Shown here in pieces: positions 9,932 through 20,159 of a stretch of 64,000 nt of DNA. The translations under genes were made by a program, and so were the position numbers. Origin of the DNA: an uncultured Gammaproteobacteria bacterium (GTDB lineage Bacteria > Patescibacteriota > Patescibacteriia > SBBC01 > CAIJZX01); the NCBI GenBank assembly GCA_964397195.1, contig CAYNGY010000001.1, positions 6,586-70,585 on the forward strand, in the 5' to 3' direction. The first letter of the stretch is position 1. Each line of letters begins with the position of its first letter. The notes below the pieces were generated by a model. The model was not told the origin of the DNA, searched no databases, and worked only from the letters and a program-made list of their open reading frames with translations.

Positions 9932-10274
9932 GATGACAAACCCCTTTCGTGCCCAGGCCCGGAATCGTGCGTAACACGATAAACGGTACTGAGCGTCTCC
10001 CGTCGGAGTTAACGAAAAAACACCCGGACGACGTCTCGCCGGGGCGGCTTGTTCCTACGAAGATAGCGCTATCGTTTCAACGTATGCACAAACAGTCCCG
10101 GCCAGACGGCGATTTCGCCGCGGGTATCTTTCATGTCGCAAAAGTGGGACCACTGATATTGCATAGTGCTCGCATCCTATAGAAACAAGGGTAAAAAGTC
10201 AAGCGAATGCGGGTATTGCGCAAAAAAGTAACCGTGCTATTGTTCGCCTAACCACCGACCGTCCCGGCTTACTC

Positions 10275-11843
10275 ATGGGCGCCTGTGGTCCCAACGGCTA
10301 TATGTCTATTCTCCAACGCGCTGTAATCCGCGGCACCATTCCGGCCATCTTACTTGGAACCATGCTGTTCCCGGGAGTCACCGTCGCTGATTTTGGCGAA
10401 ATTCAGCATTCCCCCATTCCGCCGACCCTGCGTAAATGTCGGAACAATATGTGGGGGTGTACGTTGCCGACCGAGTTAGAAAATACCGAGCGGTTCTTAT
10501 CGCGCCGCAAACAAGGCCTACCCTACACGCCCGATCCGCGTCCGCTCACTCCGGCCGGTGAAGTACTGCGCTTGAATACACTCAGCCAAGCCATGGGCTA
10601 CCTCTCGATGTATCGCGCGAATCGCATGATGTACTATCGCCGCGAAGCACAACAGCGTGTTGAGTACATTCTCTCGCTCGGTCAGAGCGGGTATGGCAGT
10701 GGCGTCCGAACCGGCATCTTCGGGTATATGTTTCTCGATGCGTATCGCCTTTTGAATGATAGTCGGTACTTACGAGAAGGATTGCGGATCGCCGACGACT
10801 GCGCGAATCTCCCGGCCAGCGACATGCACATGAATGGCGGACTGATGTGCGCGATTAATCTCGATAGCGCCTATCAGTTGACGGGAGACACCCGGTACCG
10901 TGATGCCGCCCGAGACACGGTCCAACGGACCGCCCCAAAACAATTCGCCGACGGCGCATTTCCGCATCTCCCGACACAAGCTGGCGGTGAAAACCTGAGT
11001 TACACCGCCTGGATGGACGTGGAGATGATTTTGATGCAGCAATTCGACCCGTCGGATCCTAACCTCGAGCTCTTGATGGTCCGAACCGGCCGCTTCCTCA
11101 GTGACCGCATCGCCGCCGACGGCAGTCTGAACTATTTTGATGCGAACGGGTCCTACGATCAAGACGCCGGGAGCGTTTCCCGGTATGGCGTGGCTGACAT
11201 CGCTAGTACCGCACTCGGCGCCTATTCAATCGGCAACCGCTCAGCCGCCGAAAAGGCTCTGACCTTTTTATTCCGTCAACGCTTAAGTGGCCCCGACCTC
11301 GGCGGCTACCCGGATAAGTATGCGGAACTTGATCCGAATAATCCATGGTTGAACGGAAACCCGTCGGTTCTTCGCACCTCACTGATTTTCTGGTATCTGT
11401 CTCTGTTTCAAAACTTCCCGACCTCGTGTAGCGTTGCCCAAAAGTCGTGTACCGTTACGCCCGCGAATTGCAATCCCGCCTATGCGGAACTTGGACTGTG
11501 TAACCAAAGTCTACCGGGGACGCAAACCTGTCTCCTCGGTCGATGGACGTCATGTTTTGATCCGGTCCAAACCGCCTATCGTACCCAGCAAGACTGCAAC
11601 GTGGAAACATACTGTTCGGATGAAAATGGTCAGGCCTGCTTTTACAACTGCACGCACCTTGGGACGAAACGCTGTGTCGGGTCGCAATGTAGTCAAACCT
11701 GTTACGACGTCGATGATCAGATTCAGGGTCCGCCGCAATGTGATGTTCGTTGCTACGAAAACAATTCGTGTTCGCTCGTGACCCAAGAACAGCCATCGCC
11801 AACAATGTGCGTCCAGCGGTTACCGACCGGGTACTTCGACTAA
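10275..11843 (+). CDS. Secreted hypothetical protein with a Cys-rich C-terminal domain
   Basis: N-terminal hydrophobic segment. C-terminal 130 aa contain more than 20 Cys (CNQSLPGTQTC...CYDVDD...). No family recognised. Confidence 0.45.
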   Translation: MGACGPNGYMSILQRAVIRGTIPAILLGTMLFPGVTVADFGEIQHSPIPPTLRKCRNNMWGCTLPTELENTERFLSRRKQGLPYTPDPRPLTPAGEVLRLNTLSQAMGYLSMYRANRMMYYRREAQQRVEYILSLGQSGYGSGVRTGIFGYMFLDAYRLLNDSRYLREGLRIADDCANLPASDMHMNGGLMCAINLDSAYQLTGDTRYRDAARDTVQRTAPKQFADGAFPHLPTQAGGENLSYTAWMDVEMILMQQFDPSDPNLELLMVRTGRFLSDRIAADGSLNYFDANGSYDQDAGSVSRYGVADIASTALGAYSIGNRSAAEKALTFLFRQRLSGPDLGGYPDKYAELDPNNPWLNGNPSVLRTSLIFWYLSLFQNFPTSCSVAQKSCTVTPANCNPAYAELGLCNQSLPGTQTCLLGRWTSCFDPVQTAYRTQQDCNVETYCSDENGQACFYNCTHLGTKRCVGSQCSQTCYDVDDQIQGPPQCDVRCYENNSCSLVTQEQPSPTMCVQRLPTGYFD

Positions 11844-11948
11844 CGGTCGATGTTCAGAAACCAATAGCAGGCGGAAGTGTATTTCCGCCTAGATTAGCCC
11901 ACATTAGGGCATATCCTGAATGTACATGGCGAAACTGAATTTTTGCTG

Positions 11949-11977
11949 AAGAAAAAAGCGCCCTAGGGGAAGGGCGC
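11949..11977 (-). terminator. Intrinsic terminator of the 12043..12846 gene
   Basis: On the minus strand, gcgccct/agggcgc 7-bp stem followed by tttttt. Confidence 0.5.
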
Positions 11978-12042
11978 CGGAGTCGAGAACCTGGCGACTC
12001 CGTGTGGGGCGAGTTGCGAAGGACGAGAGGCGTGCGGCGTGG

Positions 12043-12846
12043 TTATGTACGGAGGACACGAAGATCGAGGATCCGATCGCCGTCGCTGTTCCCCCAGACA
12101 TAAGGAGTAAAGGGCTTCAAGGCCTGTTCCGCCGCCAGCTTCTCACGAAGCAAGACGAGGCCATCGGGCGTTAGGCAGACCGGCCGGACGGCTTGACCGT
12201 TGTGCTCGATGAGCATCTGCCAAGCGTAATCGGAGTGAACGGAGACCCAGCGGTGGCCACGAATCATCTGCCACCAGCGACGGCCACAGGTGCAAAGATA
12301 GCAGTGGGCCGGGTTGCCGAGTTTCGCCAGGACGCGGGCCATCGGTCCGAGGTTCAAACTACCGAGTTCGTGGCGGCATGTCCCGTGGCAGTCGGCGTAC
12401 ATCGTGCTGGCCTGCATCCGTAGTCCAGGCTTCCGTTCGACCGCGGCATGTTCGCGACCGGTCGCAATGAACTCGGCCAGCCGCCCGGCAATGAATCGCT
12501 TGATGGCGTGATTTGCGCCGGAGCTCTCAGTGAACGGGTAGCGATCAGGTTCTGTAAACCAGTTATTCCCGTTGATGCCCGGGTCCTTTGGTCCCATCTC
12601 CCGAACTTTCCAGGCCCAGCCATCGGCGCTCAGAGCATGGAAGAACACATCGATCGAGCGCTGATCCTTGCGGAGCGTCTCGATCGTGACGACGCCATGG
12701 ACGTACTCACCGTTGGGCAGGTTCCACCAGGGGTGAACACGGAGCCACGTTGCGAAGAGCCCATGGCCGAGGTACTCTTCGAACCCCTCCCACCGGTAGT
12801 TGGGCATGTACAGCATTTCAAGTTGCTTCATTTGGCACCTCTCCAT
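12043..12846 (-). CDS. Hypothetical Trp/Cys/His-rich protein
   Basis: 267-aa ORF with CHGTCRH and HCYLCTCGRRWW motifs (possible metal site). Strong terminator downstream. No family recognised. Confidence 0.4.
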   Translation of the reverse strand: MERCQMKQLEMLYMPNYRWEGFEEYLGHGLFATWLRVHPWWNLPNGEYVHGVVTIETLRKDQRSIDVFFHALSADGWAWKVREMGPKDPGINGNNWFTEPDRYPFTESSGANHAIKRFIAGRLAEFIATGREHAAVERKPGLRMQASTMYADCHGTCRHELGSLNLGPMARVLAKLGNPAHCYLCTCGRRWWQMIRGHRWVSVHSDYAWQMLIEHNGQAVRPVCLTPDGLVLLREKLAAEQALKPFTPYVWGNSDGDRILDLRVLRT

Positions 12847-12944
12847 TGAAAGGACTAGTGTGCCGTGTGCATGCGGCCGATTTGGTCGCTACGACGACCC
12901 TAGCAAGCGACCCACGGCCGGTCAAGTTTGCTATACTACGTCGC

Positions 12945-13484
12945 ATGATCACCACGCAACACATCGCCGTTTTCGGGAGCGGATGTTTTTGGTGCTCCGA
13001 GGCGGTCTTTACGGAACTGCGCGGTGTGACGGCGGTGACGTCCGGCTATGCCGGTGGGACGAGTCCGAATCCGACCTACGCTTCGATCCACGCGGATGCG
13101 ACCGGGCATGCCGAGGTCATTAAAATCGAATTTGACCCGCAGGTCATTTCTTACGATCAACTGCTCGAAGTGTTTTTCTTCACCCATGATCCGACAACCC
13201 GCGATCGTCAGGGAAACGATATCGGACCAGAGTATCGCTCGATCATTCTCTACGTCAATGACGCGCAACGTATCGCGGCTGAGGCCATGAAGAAAAAAAT
13301 CGATGATGACCACGTCTATCGGCAACCGATTGTGACGGAGATTCGGCCGCTGCAGAAATTTTTCCTGGCCGAACCCGAACAGCAACGCTTCTATGAAAAG
13401 AATCCCGATCAAATCTACTGTCAGGTGGTGATCGATCCAAAGGTGGCGAAATTTCGTGCGAAGTTTTCCAGCCTCCGAAAATAA
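12945..13484 (+). CDS. msrA: Peptide methionine sulfoxide reductase MsrA
   Basis: GCFWC active site and TGHAEV...FDP...HDPT..RQGND.G..YRS motifs. Start ATG at 12945. Confidence 0.85.
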   Translation: MITTQHIAVFGSGCFWCSEAVFTELRGVTAVTSGYAGGTSPNPTYASIHADATGHAEVIKIEFDPQVISYDQLLEVFFFTHDPTTRDRQGNDIGPEYRSIILYVNDAQRIAAEAMKKKIDDDHVYRQPIVTEIRPLQKFFLAEPEQQRFYEKNPDQIYCQVVIDPKVAKFRAKFSSLRK

Positions 13485-13507
13485 AAAAGCCAGCTGTACG
13501 AGCTGGC
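13479..13507 (-). terminator. Intrinsic terminator of rmlD, shared bidirectionally with msrA
   Basis: gccagct-gtacg-agctggc hairpin flanked by an A-run on the plus strand, which is a U-run on the minus strand. Confidence 0.55.
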
Positions 13508-13511
13508 CTCC

Positions 13512-14366
13512 TCAGGTGAGGAGATAGGAGCGAAGTGCGTCGGGCCACGGTCGCATGCCCGGTCCGTAGCTGTTGAGGAGCACCGACCATTCCGGCCGCG
13601 GTGCCGGTCGCGGAAACTCGGCCGTCGTACATGGGGCGACCATACTCGCCACGCCCGCCAGCTCGAAGGCAAGCGTCGCCAGATCAAACCAGGTGGCCGT
13701 ACCGCTGTTCACGCCGTGGTAGATACCAACGGCGAAATCGTCGTCGACCAACTGGCGAGTGAATCGGGCCAGGTCGAGGGTGTAGGTTGGGGCACCGTGT
13801 TGATCGTTCACCACGTTAACCTCGGGTCGTTGTCGGCCATGACCGATGATCGTGTCGACAAAGTTCTTGCCGCCGGGTCCGTACAGCCATGAGGTGCGGA
13901 TGATGTAGCCGTCACATCCGGCATTGATCCATTCGCGCTCGCCGAACGCTTTCGTTCGTCCGTACGCGCTGTGCGGATTCGGGATGGCGTCCTCGGGATA
14001 GCCGTCAGGACGACAACCGTCAAAGACGTAGTCCGTGCTGAAGTGGATCAGTCGGGCGTTCGTTTCGGCGGCGGCGCGAGCAAGATACCCGACCGCCAGG
14101 CCGTTGACGGCGAGCGCCGCTTCCTCGTTCGTCTCGCAGTCATCGACGGCTGTGTAGGCGGCGCAGTTGATCAGGAGCTCCGGGTGATGCGTCTCGAACA
14201 TCGCGTTGATGGCCCGTTCATCGGTCAGGTCGAGCTCGTCGCGATCAAGGAGTAGCGGCTCCGTATCTGCCCAGACCTCAGCCATCGCGCGGCCGAGCAT
14301 GCCCCGGGCACCGAGGATGATAACGCCCGCGGGAGTGTGATGTGCGTTCAATGGTAGTTCCTCCAT
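13512..14366 (-). CDS. rmlD: dTDP-4-dehydrorhamnose reductase
   Basis: Rossmann motif VIILGARGMLG and RmlD-like catalytic region. Start MEELPLNAH at 14366. Confidence 0.8.
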   Translation of the reverse strand: MEELPLNAHHTPAGVIILGARGMLGRAMAEVWADTEPLLLDRDELDLTDERAINAMFETHHPELLINCAAYTAVDDCETNEEAALAVNGLAVGYLARAAAETNARLIHFSTDYVFDGCRPDGYPEDAIPNPHSAYGRTKAFGEREWINAGCDGYIIRTSWLYGPGGKNFVDTIIGHGRQRPEVNVVNDQHGAPTYTLDLARFTRQLVDDDFAVGIYHGVNSGTATWFDLATLAFELAGVASMVAPCTTAEFPRPAPRPEWSVLLNSYGPGMRPWPDALRSYLLT

Positions 14367-14727
14367 TGCGAATGGGGGCAACAAAAGGTGCGCCAGACTA
14401 TACGGTGATCGACCCATTCAGTCAAGGTGTGTAATTGGCGGAAATGGCTTTGCTAAGCCAAAAACAGCATTCACTGCTATCTACGATCGCCCCCATTCAA
14501 TATGTCGTCAGTGGAGGTTACAGTTGTCGGTAAAGACCGAGCGCGTGCTTGACGCAATCCAACGATGTTGTTTGGCCAACAGCCGATGGCAGTGACCGTA
14601 CAATAAGTATTTACCCTCGTGGTTGACAGGGCGCTGGTTGCGCTGTAGGTTCCAGCCATTCACCGGGGCGGTGAAATGTACCCATAGCCGATTGACTGAT
14701 TCCGAGTCATAGGCGATTGGAGGAGCC

Positions 14728-15225
14728 GTGAACCTTCCAAACCTGGAAAAACTACTGCAGCTGGCGCGGACACAAGTAGTCCTGCGCTATGCCGAACGAT
14801 CCTACGGTGGCGATGGATCCTACAAGCTCGAAGTGGACATCGATGCCTTCGTGGTGAGTGAGAGTGATTTCCTTCACCTCTTTCAGCTGAGAAAGGGGTC
14901 GGCGCTTTGGTCCGTGCCAAAGCGCAGTCGACTTCGTTACTTCGGCGCGTGTGTGGGAGCAGACATCACCAACACGGCGGTCCAGAAGATTTTCGAGGAC
15001 GACCGATACGCGAGTGTCTGGGATTCGCCAAAGCCGTTCGTCGGAATTCTTCAGCCGTTCGACAGGGAGTTTGCCCTGCAGGACATCAGCCTGGTCGGGC
15101 TCATGCACCTCGTTCGCTTCCAGACGATGCTGGCCTGCCAGGAGTCCGAACTGGCTATCGACGATCGGCTGAGAAGCATCATCTCCGACCGTCTCAAGCA
15201 CATCAGCAGCATCTTCTCGATCTGA
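14728..15225 (+). CDS. Hypothetical protein
   Basis: GTG start with GGAGGA SD 4 nt upstream. Soluble, 165 aa. Followed by a terminator. Confidence 0.4.
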   Translation: MNLPNLEKLLQLARTQVVLRYAERSYGGDGSYKLEVDIDAFVVSESDFLHLFQLRKGSALWSVPKRSRLRYFGACVGADITNTAVQKIFEDDRYASVWDSPKPFVGILQPFDREFALQDISLVGLMHLVRFQTMLACQESELAIDDRLRSIISDRLKHISSIFSI

Positions 15226-15250
15226 ACCCACCCGCCCCGGTGGCTTCTTT
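15213..15250 (+). terminator. Intrinsic terminator
   Basis: ccacc..ggtgg stem followed by cttctttttt. Confidence 0.5.
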
Positions 15251-15334
15251 TTTGAGAACGTGCGCACCGCTATCGCGGGAAACGCTTCGCGTATCATTGC
15301 ATTTCTCGACGGGCGCTCTAAGAGTGGTTTTCAA

Positions 15335-15370
15335 AAAACTCCTGCGGTTGAGGCAGGAGTTTCTTTTTCA
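15335..15370 (-). terminator. Bidirectional intrinsic terminator serving gyrA
   Basis: ctcctgc/gcaggag 7-bp stem flanked by an A-run and a T-run. Confidence 0.55.
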
Positions 15371-15376
15371 CTCAGT

Positions 15377-17839
15377 CTAAATAAACGTCACGCTCGCCAC
15401 ACGATCCTTCTCATCTCCGAGTCGCATGACGCGCACGCCTTGCGTGTCGCGGCCGAGGACGGAGACCGACTTGATTGGCGTCCGAATAACCTGGCCTTTT
15501 TGCGAAATTACGATCAGGTCGTTCTGCTCCGACTTCGTGTTGACGATGAAGGCCGTGATGACCTCGCCGGTTTTGTCGGTGACACGAGCCGTGCGGATGC
15601 CTGACCCGCCGCGACCTTGGATCTTGTATTCTTTGAGCGGAGTACGTTTCCCGTAGCCGTGGCCCATAATGACCAGCAGCTGCTCGCCGGTGCCTACTTG
15701 TCCGTCCGGAATAAGGTCCATACCAGCCACTTCATCTTTGCCCTTCAATCGGAAACCGCGTACGCCGGCTGCGCCACGGCCCATTTCTCGTAACGACGCT
15801 TCTTTGAATCGGATCGATTGACCTTGGGCGGAGACGAGCATGATGTCATCCTTGCCGCTCGATGGTTTGACCCATTTCAAGGCGTCCCCGTCTTTGAGGG
15901 TGATAGCGATCAGGCCATTTCGACGAACGTTGGAGAAAGCGTCGGTGGCCACTTTTTTAATCACGCCATGCCGCGTCACCATCACCAACGATTTGAACGG
16001 CTTAATATCGGCGACCGAGAGCACGACGTTCACTTTTTCCTCGCCCGGGAGCTGTAAGAAGTTCACAATCGCTTGACCTTTTGAGGTACGCGTGGCGGCC
16101 GGGATATCATACGCTTTTAGTTGGAAGACGCGCCCACGGTTTGTGAAGAACAACAAATCCGAGTGGGTCGTCGTCGAGAGGAAGTGTGCGACGGAATCTT
16201 CTTCTTTCGTCGTCAATCCAATCACGCCTTTCCCGCCACGTCCTTGGGTTCGGAATTGATCCGGGGCGGTACGCTTGATGTAGCCATCACGCGTGATGAC
16301 AACGATCGTAGACTCATTCGGGATTAAGTCTTCCTGGCTAAACGTGCCGACCGCGCCTTTGACAATCTCGGTTTTTCGCTCGTCGCCAAAACGTTCGCGT
16401 AAGTCCGCCAGTTCCGTTTTAATCACGCCCATAATCCGCTTCGGACTGGCCAATAATTCTTCGAGCTCCTTGATCAGCTTGAGCTTGTCCTTGTGCTCCT
16501 GTTCGATCTTTAGGTGTTCAAGGTTCGCCAGCTGCTGGAGACGCATTTCCAGAATTGCCACGGCCTGTTTCTCGCTCAGTTTAAACTTGGTCATCAAGTT
16601 CCCACGGGCTTCGTCGCGGTCCTTCGATTTCTGGATGGTCTTAATAACCTCTTGAATCGAGGCTAAGGCGATCAGTAACCCTTTCAGGATATGGTCGCGG
16701 TCTTTGGCCACGCGCAGATCGTATTCGGCGCGGCGACGAACAACAACCTGACGGTGTTTTAGATATTCTTCGAGCACCATCTTCAGCGTCAACACGCGCG
16801 GTTGAATCCCGTCAACGATGGCTAGCATGTTGACGTGGAATGTCTCTTGCAGTTGGGTCAGGGTGAAGAGCCGGTTCAAGACTTTCTTCGGGTACGAGTC
16901 GCGCTTTAACTCGATCACAATCCGCACCCCTTCTTTATTCGACTCGTCTCGCAGGTCACGGATCCCGTCGATCTTTTTATCACGAACGAGCTCAGCAATT
17001 CGTTCTAAGACAGTCGCCTTATTGACCGCGTACGGCACCTCGGTGACGATAATCTGGAACCCATGCTTACCCTCAACGATATCGGTCTTGGCGCGCATAA
17101 CAATCGAGCCTTTGCCGGTCGCGTAGGCCGCTTTGATATCTTGGGTATTGTAAATGATACCGCCGGTTGGAAAGTCCGGTCCTTTCACAAACTGCATCAG
17201 GTCATCAACGTCGGCATCCGGATGCTCAATCAGGTGCGAGGTGGCGTCGATAATCTCGGTGATGTTGTGTGGTGGGACGTTCGTGGCCATCCCGACCGCA
17301 ATACCAACCGTGCCGTTCAGTAAAAAGTTCGGCAACTTGGCCGGCAGGACTTTTGGTTCTTGGTGTGACCCATCGTAGTTTGGGGCGAAGTCAACAGTCT
17401 GCTTGTCGATGTCATGCAACATGTCCGCGGCGACACGGTCGAGTCGGGCCTCGGTGTAGCGCTGAGCGGCTGGCGGGTCGCCGTCCATCGATCCAAAGTT
17501 CCCCTGTCCATCTACCAGCGTGTACCGCATCGAAAAGTCCTGGGCCATGCGCACCATGGTGTCGTAAATCGACATGTCACCATGCGGGTGGTATTTCCCC
17601 ATCACTTCCCCGACCACGGTCGCTGATTTTCGGTATTTCGTCCCCGGTCGTACGCCGATCGTCCACATGGCGTAGAGAATGCGTCGTTGCACCGGTTTTA
17701 ACCCGTCGCGGACGTCAGGGAGGGCGCGGGCGACAATGACGCTCATGGCGTAATCCAAATAGGACTCCTGCATTTCGGTCACAATCGGGCGGGCTTCGAT
17801 GCGTCCAATCGCGAATGATGATTTCTTCTCTTCAGCCAT
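15377..17839 (-). CDS. gyrA: DNA gyrase subunit A
   Basis: Hallmark [15 protein letters not shown], catalytic Tyr region and C-terminal beta-pinwheel repeats; 820 aa. Confidence 0.95.
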   Translation of the reverse strand: MAEEKKSSFAIGRIEARPIVTEMQESYLDYAMSVIVARALPDVRDGLKPVQRRILYAMWTIGVRPGTKYRKSATVVGEVMGKYHPHGDMSIYDTMVRMAQDFSMRYTLVDGQGNFGSMDGDPPAAQRYTEARLDRVAADMLHDIDKQTVDFAPNYDGSHQEPKVLPAKLPNFLLNGTVGIAVGMATNVPPHNITEIIDATSHLIEHPDADVDDLMQFVKGPDFPTGGIIYNTQDIKAAYATGKGSIVMRAKTDIVEGKHGFQIIVTEVPYAVNKATVLERIAELVRDKKIDGIRDLRDESNKEGVRIVIELKRDSYPKKVLNRLFTLTQLQETFHVNMLAIVDGIQPRVLTLKMVLEEYLKHRQVVVRRRAEYDLRVAKDRDHILKGLLIALASIQEVIKTIQKSKDRDEARGNLMTKFKLSEKQAVAILEMRLQQLANLEHLKIEQEHKDKLKLIKELEELLASPKRIMGVIKTELADLRERFGDERKTEIVKGAVGTFSQEDLIPNESTIVVITRDGYIKRTAPDQFRTQGRGGKGVIGLTTKEEDSVAHFLSTTTHSDLLFFTNRGRVFQLKAYDIPAATRTSKGQAIVNFLQLPGEEKVNVVLSVADIKPFKSLVMVTRHGVIKKVATDAFSNVRRNGLIAITLKDGDALKWVKPSSGKDDIMLVSAQGQSIRFKEASLREMGRGAAGVRGFRLKGKDEVAGMDLIPDGQVGTGEQLLVIMGHGYGKRTPLKEYKIQGRGGSGIRTARVTDKTGEVITAFIVNTKSEQNDLIVISQKGQVIRTPIKSVSVLGRDTQGVRVMRLGDEKDRVASVTFI

Positions 17840-17843
17840 ACGT

Positions 17844-18254
17844 TTATTGACTCAGTTCAGGAAAAACCTCGGAATCGAGGGTTCGAATTTCTTGTTCGGC
17901 CGCCGTGGCGGTTGATTTTTTAAAAGAGTAGGACGTAAACGTCTTTTTAATGCTGTTCCAGGTGTTGCCGAATGAGAATCCGCCGGATCCACCCGATCGC
18001 CAGGCCAGCGGTAACCAGGCGACAATGAGGACAATCGCGCAGACCGCGACTAAGGCCCACATCCAGCGTCGTCGGACCGACTCCGGAAGCTCTGTTTTTT
18101 GTCGGGCTGGAGTCGAGATCTTGGTGGGTGTCGGCGGGGTTGGTTTTTTTGTCACCGCCGGGATGACGACGCGTCGAGCGCTCGTCGGTGGAATCGTTTG
18201 ACCAACAATCTTGACCGGGACATCAACGCTTGGTTTTGATGTTTTTGTGGCCAT
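17844..18254 (-). CDS. Hypothetical single-pass membrane protein
   Basis: Pro/Thr-rich N-terminus and one TM ([18 protein letters not shown]). Immediately upstream of gyrA in the same orientation. Confidence 0.4.
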   Translation of the reverse strand: MATKTSKPSVDVPVKIVGQTIPPTSARRVVIPAVTKKPTPPTPTKISTPARQKTELPESVRRRWMWALVAVCAIVLIVAWLPLAWRSGGSGGFSFGNTWNSIKKTFTSYSFKKSTATAAEQEIRTLDSEVFPELSQ

Positions 18255-18256
18255 AC

Positions 18257-18856
18257 TTAACTTGGCAGCAGAATAACCACTTGTGCGTCTTCAGCCGGTA
18301 AATTCTTCTTCTCGATCTTAAATTTTTCTACCGGTTCGACATTCTTGACGGCCATGGTCTTAACGAACGCATCAATCGTGGTATACGGAGTCTTGAGACC
18401 AGCGGCCTGGTATTGGATCGGAATGATAATGCGCGGCTCGATCTGGCTCACCAATTCAGCGGCCTGTTCGGCCGTTAAAACGCCCTTCCCGCCAACCGGG
18501 ACACAGAGCACATCAACGCCTTCCAGCGCGGACAGCTCCCCGTTTTCTATTTTATGGTCTAAGTCGCCGAGATGACCGATACTAAGGTCTTCGGCTTCAA
18601 TCCGAAAATGCACCCGGGTCGGTTCTGATGGCAAGTGGATCCCATAAATAAAGACACCCGCCCGTTCAAACTCCCCCGGAGTCTCAACGAGCAGTGGCTC
18701 GCCAGCGACATTTTTCCATTCGCGACCGTCTTTCTGGGTGATGGCCACCATCTGGGCCGCGCCCCGAACGGGCCGTGACGTCGGCGGGTCAATCAGAACA
18801 ACTGTGTCTTTTAGTTGGAGCCGGAGGCCGGCTTCTCCAAGCCAGGAAATTGTCAT
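18257..18856 (-). CDS. MBL-fold metallo-hydrolase (short UPF0173-like)
   Basis: ISWLGEAGLRLQLKDTVVLIDP N-terminus is typical of small metal-dependent hydrolases of the beta-lactamase fold. Confidence 0.65.
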   Translation of the reverse strand: MTISWLGEAGLRLQLKDTVVLIDPPTSRPVRGAAQMVAITQKDGREWKNVAGEPLLVETPGEFERAGVFIYGIHLPSEPTRVHFRIEAEDLSIGHLGDLDHKIENGELSALEGVDVLCVPVGGKGVLTAEQAAELVSQIEPRIIIPIQYQAAGLKTPYTTIDAFVKTMAVKNVEPVEKFKIEKKNLPAEDAQVVILLPS

Positions 18857-18947
18857 GGTTTCGGCGCAAAAAACGGGTGAATGAACACCGTGAGTGTACC
18901 AGAAAAATAGCCATTCGACAAGTGTTCGCCGATCGATTTGAGACCGA

Positions 18948-20093
18948 TTATGACCCGAAGGCGTGGGTCAGGATATCACTGATTGTTTCCGCAGACAGCG
19001 CTCCGACCGTGGCATGAATCCCGGCCGCCGCCCAGATAGCCGCACGTTCCGCTGAAGCACAGATAACCATAGCCGGTTGGTCGCTTGCAATCCCGAGGAG
19101 TGTCGGTTGGATGACGTCGTCATCGTCAATCACTACCAGTCGTGGCGTGTGAGGCATAGCCTTAATCAGCGGTGCACTCACGAGTGGGAGCCAACCAAGT
19201 CGTAGGCGTAGTGCGGTAGCCCACGTTTCTTGCCGATTCTGACTGGCGGTGTTACTGAGGACGAGCACATCCAGCTGAGCGCCCGAGGCCGAGCCATGTA
19301 GTCGGTGACCTTGATCGGCATGAACGGCGTCGGCATGGTAACCGCCCATCAGCGGGACGACCGGGCTAGCGGTAGCTGTTCCACTGTTTGTATCAAGTCG
19401 CGTCGGCGCCTTCCAGCCGATAGCGCTCGGGGCGCTGGTCGTGGTGGGAGCCTCATCACTCGACGACGTAATAGCCGCGCGCCGCTCAGTCGTACTCGGC
19501 TGGGCCTGATTTTTACTGTGTTCTTTGACCATGCCGCGCAGGGTCGTACCGGCGACTTGTTCCGCTCGGTGCGTAAAGGCATACGGATCGCGGACATGTC
19601 GGTCCCCAATAGCAACGAGGGCCTCGACTTCCCCGCGGACAAAGGCTTTTTGTTTGCCCATATCTTTCAGAACTTTTTCCCGGTGGAGCGTTGTTTCCGC
19701 AAAAACATTCTCGGCCTTGGTGTGATCTTTTGAATGTCCGTGGATCTCTTTGGCGTATGCCTTGAGAGCCTTGGTGGTTTGCGACGGGATGTAATGCGGC
19801 ATTTTCAGCAGTTTCTTGGTAATGTCGGTCCGCTCGTTTTTCCCGATCACAAACGGCGTTGGTTTTTGGGTATTCCGGTGGGCAGCGGGTCGGGCCAGAT
19901 TTGGTCGTGCGAATGGCAATGACTGGGCGGTCACTGATGAAACCAAACGAGGCGTCGAACCAAAATACCGATGTGCGCCGGGGTCAAAATGAGGCATAGC
20001 AGTACAAACAGTATACGCCGTTCTGTACGGGCTTGCCAAAAAGCCCCCTTTCGGGTATGCTCCGAGCGTCTTATTTCCTAAGAAAACGCTCAC
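18948..20093 (-). CDS. Hypothetical two-part protein; the start may be internal (MPHYIPSQ at 19802)
   Basis: Long ORF in high-GC DNA. Lys-rich helical N-terminal part, a Ser/Thr/Ala linker, and a C-terminal domain (RLVVIDDDDVIQ...) of unknown fold. No SD seen. Confidence 0.3.
   Translation of the reverse strand: MSVFLGNKTLGAYPKGGFLASPYRTAYTVCTAMPHFDPGAHRYFGSTPRLVSSVTAQSLPFARPNLARPAAHRNTQKPTPFVIGKNERTDITKKLLKMPHYIPSQTTKALKAYAKEIHGHSKDHTKAENVFAETTLHREKVLKDMGKQKAFVRGEVEALVAIGDRHVRDPYAFTHRAEQVAGTTLRGMVKEHSKNQAQPSTTERRAAITSSSDEAPTTTSAPSAIGWKAPTRLDTNSGTATASPVVPLMGGYHADAVHADQGHRLHGSASGAQLDVLVLSNTASQNRQETWATALRLRLGWLPLVSAPLIKAMPHTPRLVVIDDDDVIQPTLLGIASDQPAMVICASAERAAIWAAAGIHATVGALSAETISDILTHAFGS
20022..20050 (+). 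promoter_or_regulatory. Promoter TTGCCA-17-TATGCT upstream of rpsA
   Basis: -35 at 20022-20027, 17-nt spacer, -10 at 20045-20050. Confidence 0.4.
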
Positions 20094-20159
20094 TATTTCC
20101 TCTAGCGCTCGAGCGTCGCTAGGCTTCGGCTCAGCTGAGGCTCAACAATTAAGTGTCTC

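Noticed and set aside
14752-15297. 181-aa minus-strand ORF
   Set aside because: Antisense to the plus-strand ORF that has a GGAGGA SD and a terminator. Less protein-like composition.
19305-19733. Plus-strand 142-aa ORF inside the 18948..20093 gene
   Set aside because: Arg-rich antisense frame. The minus-strand ORF is much longer, though its function is also unknown.
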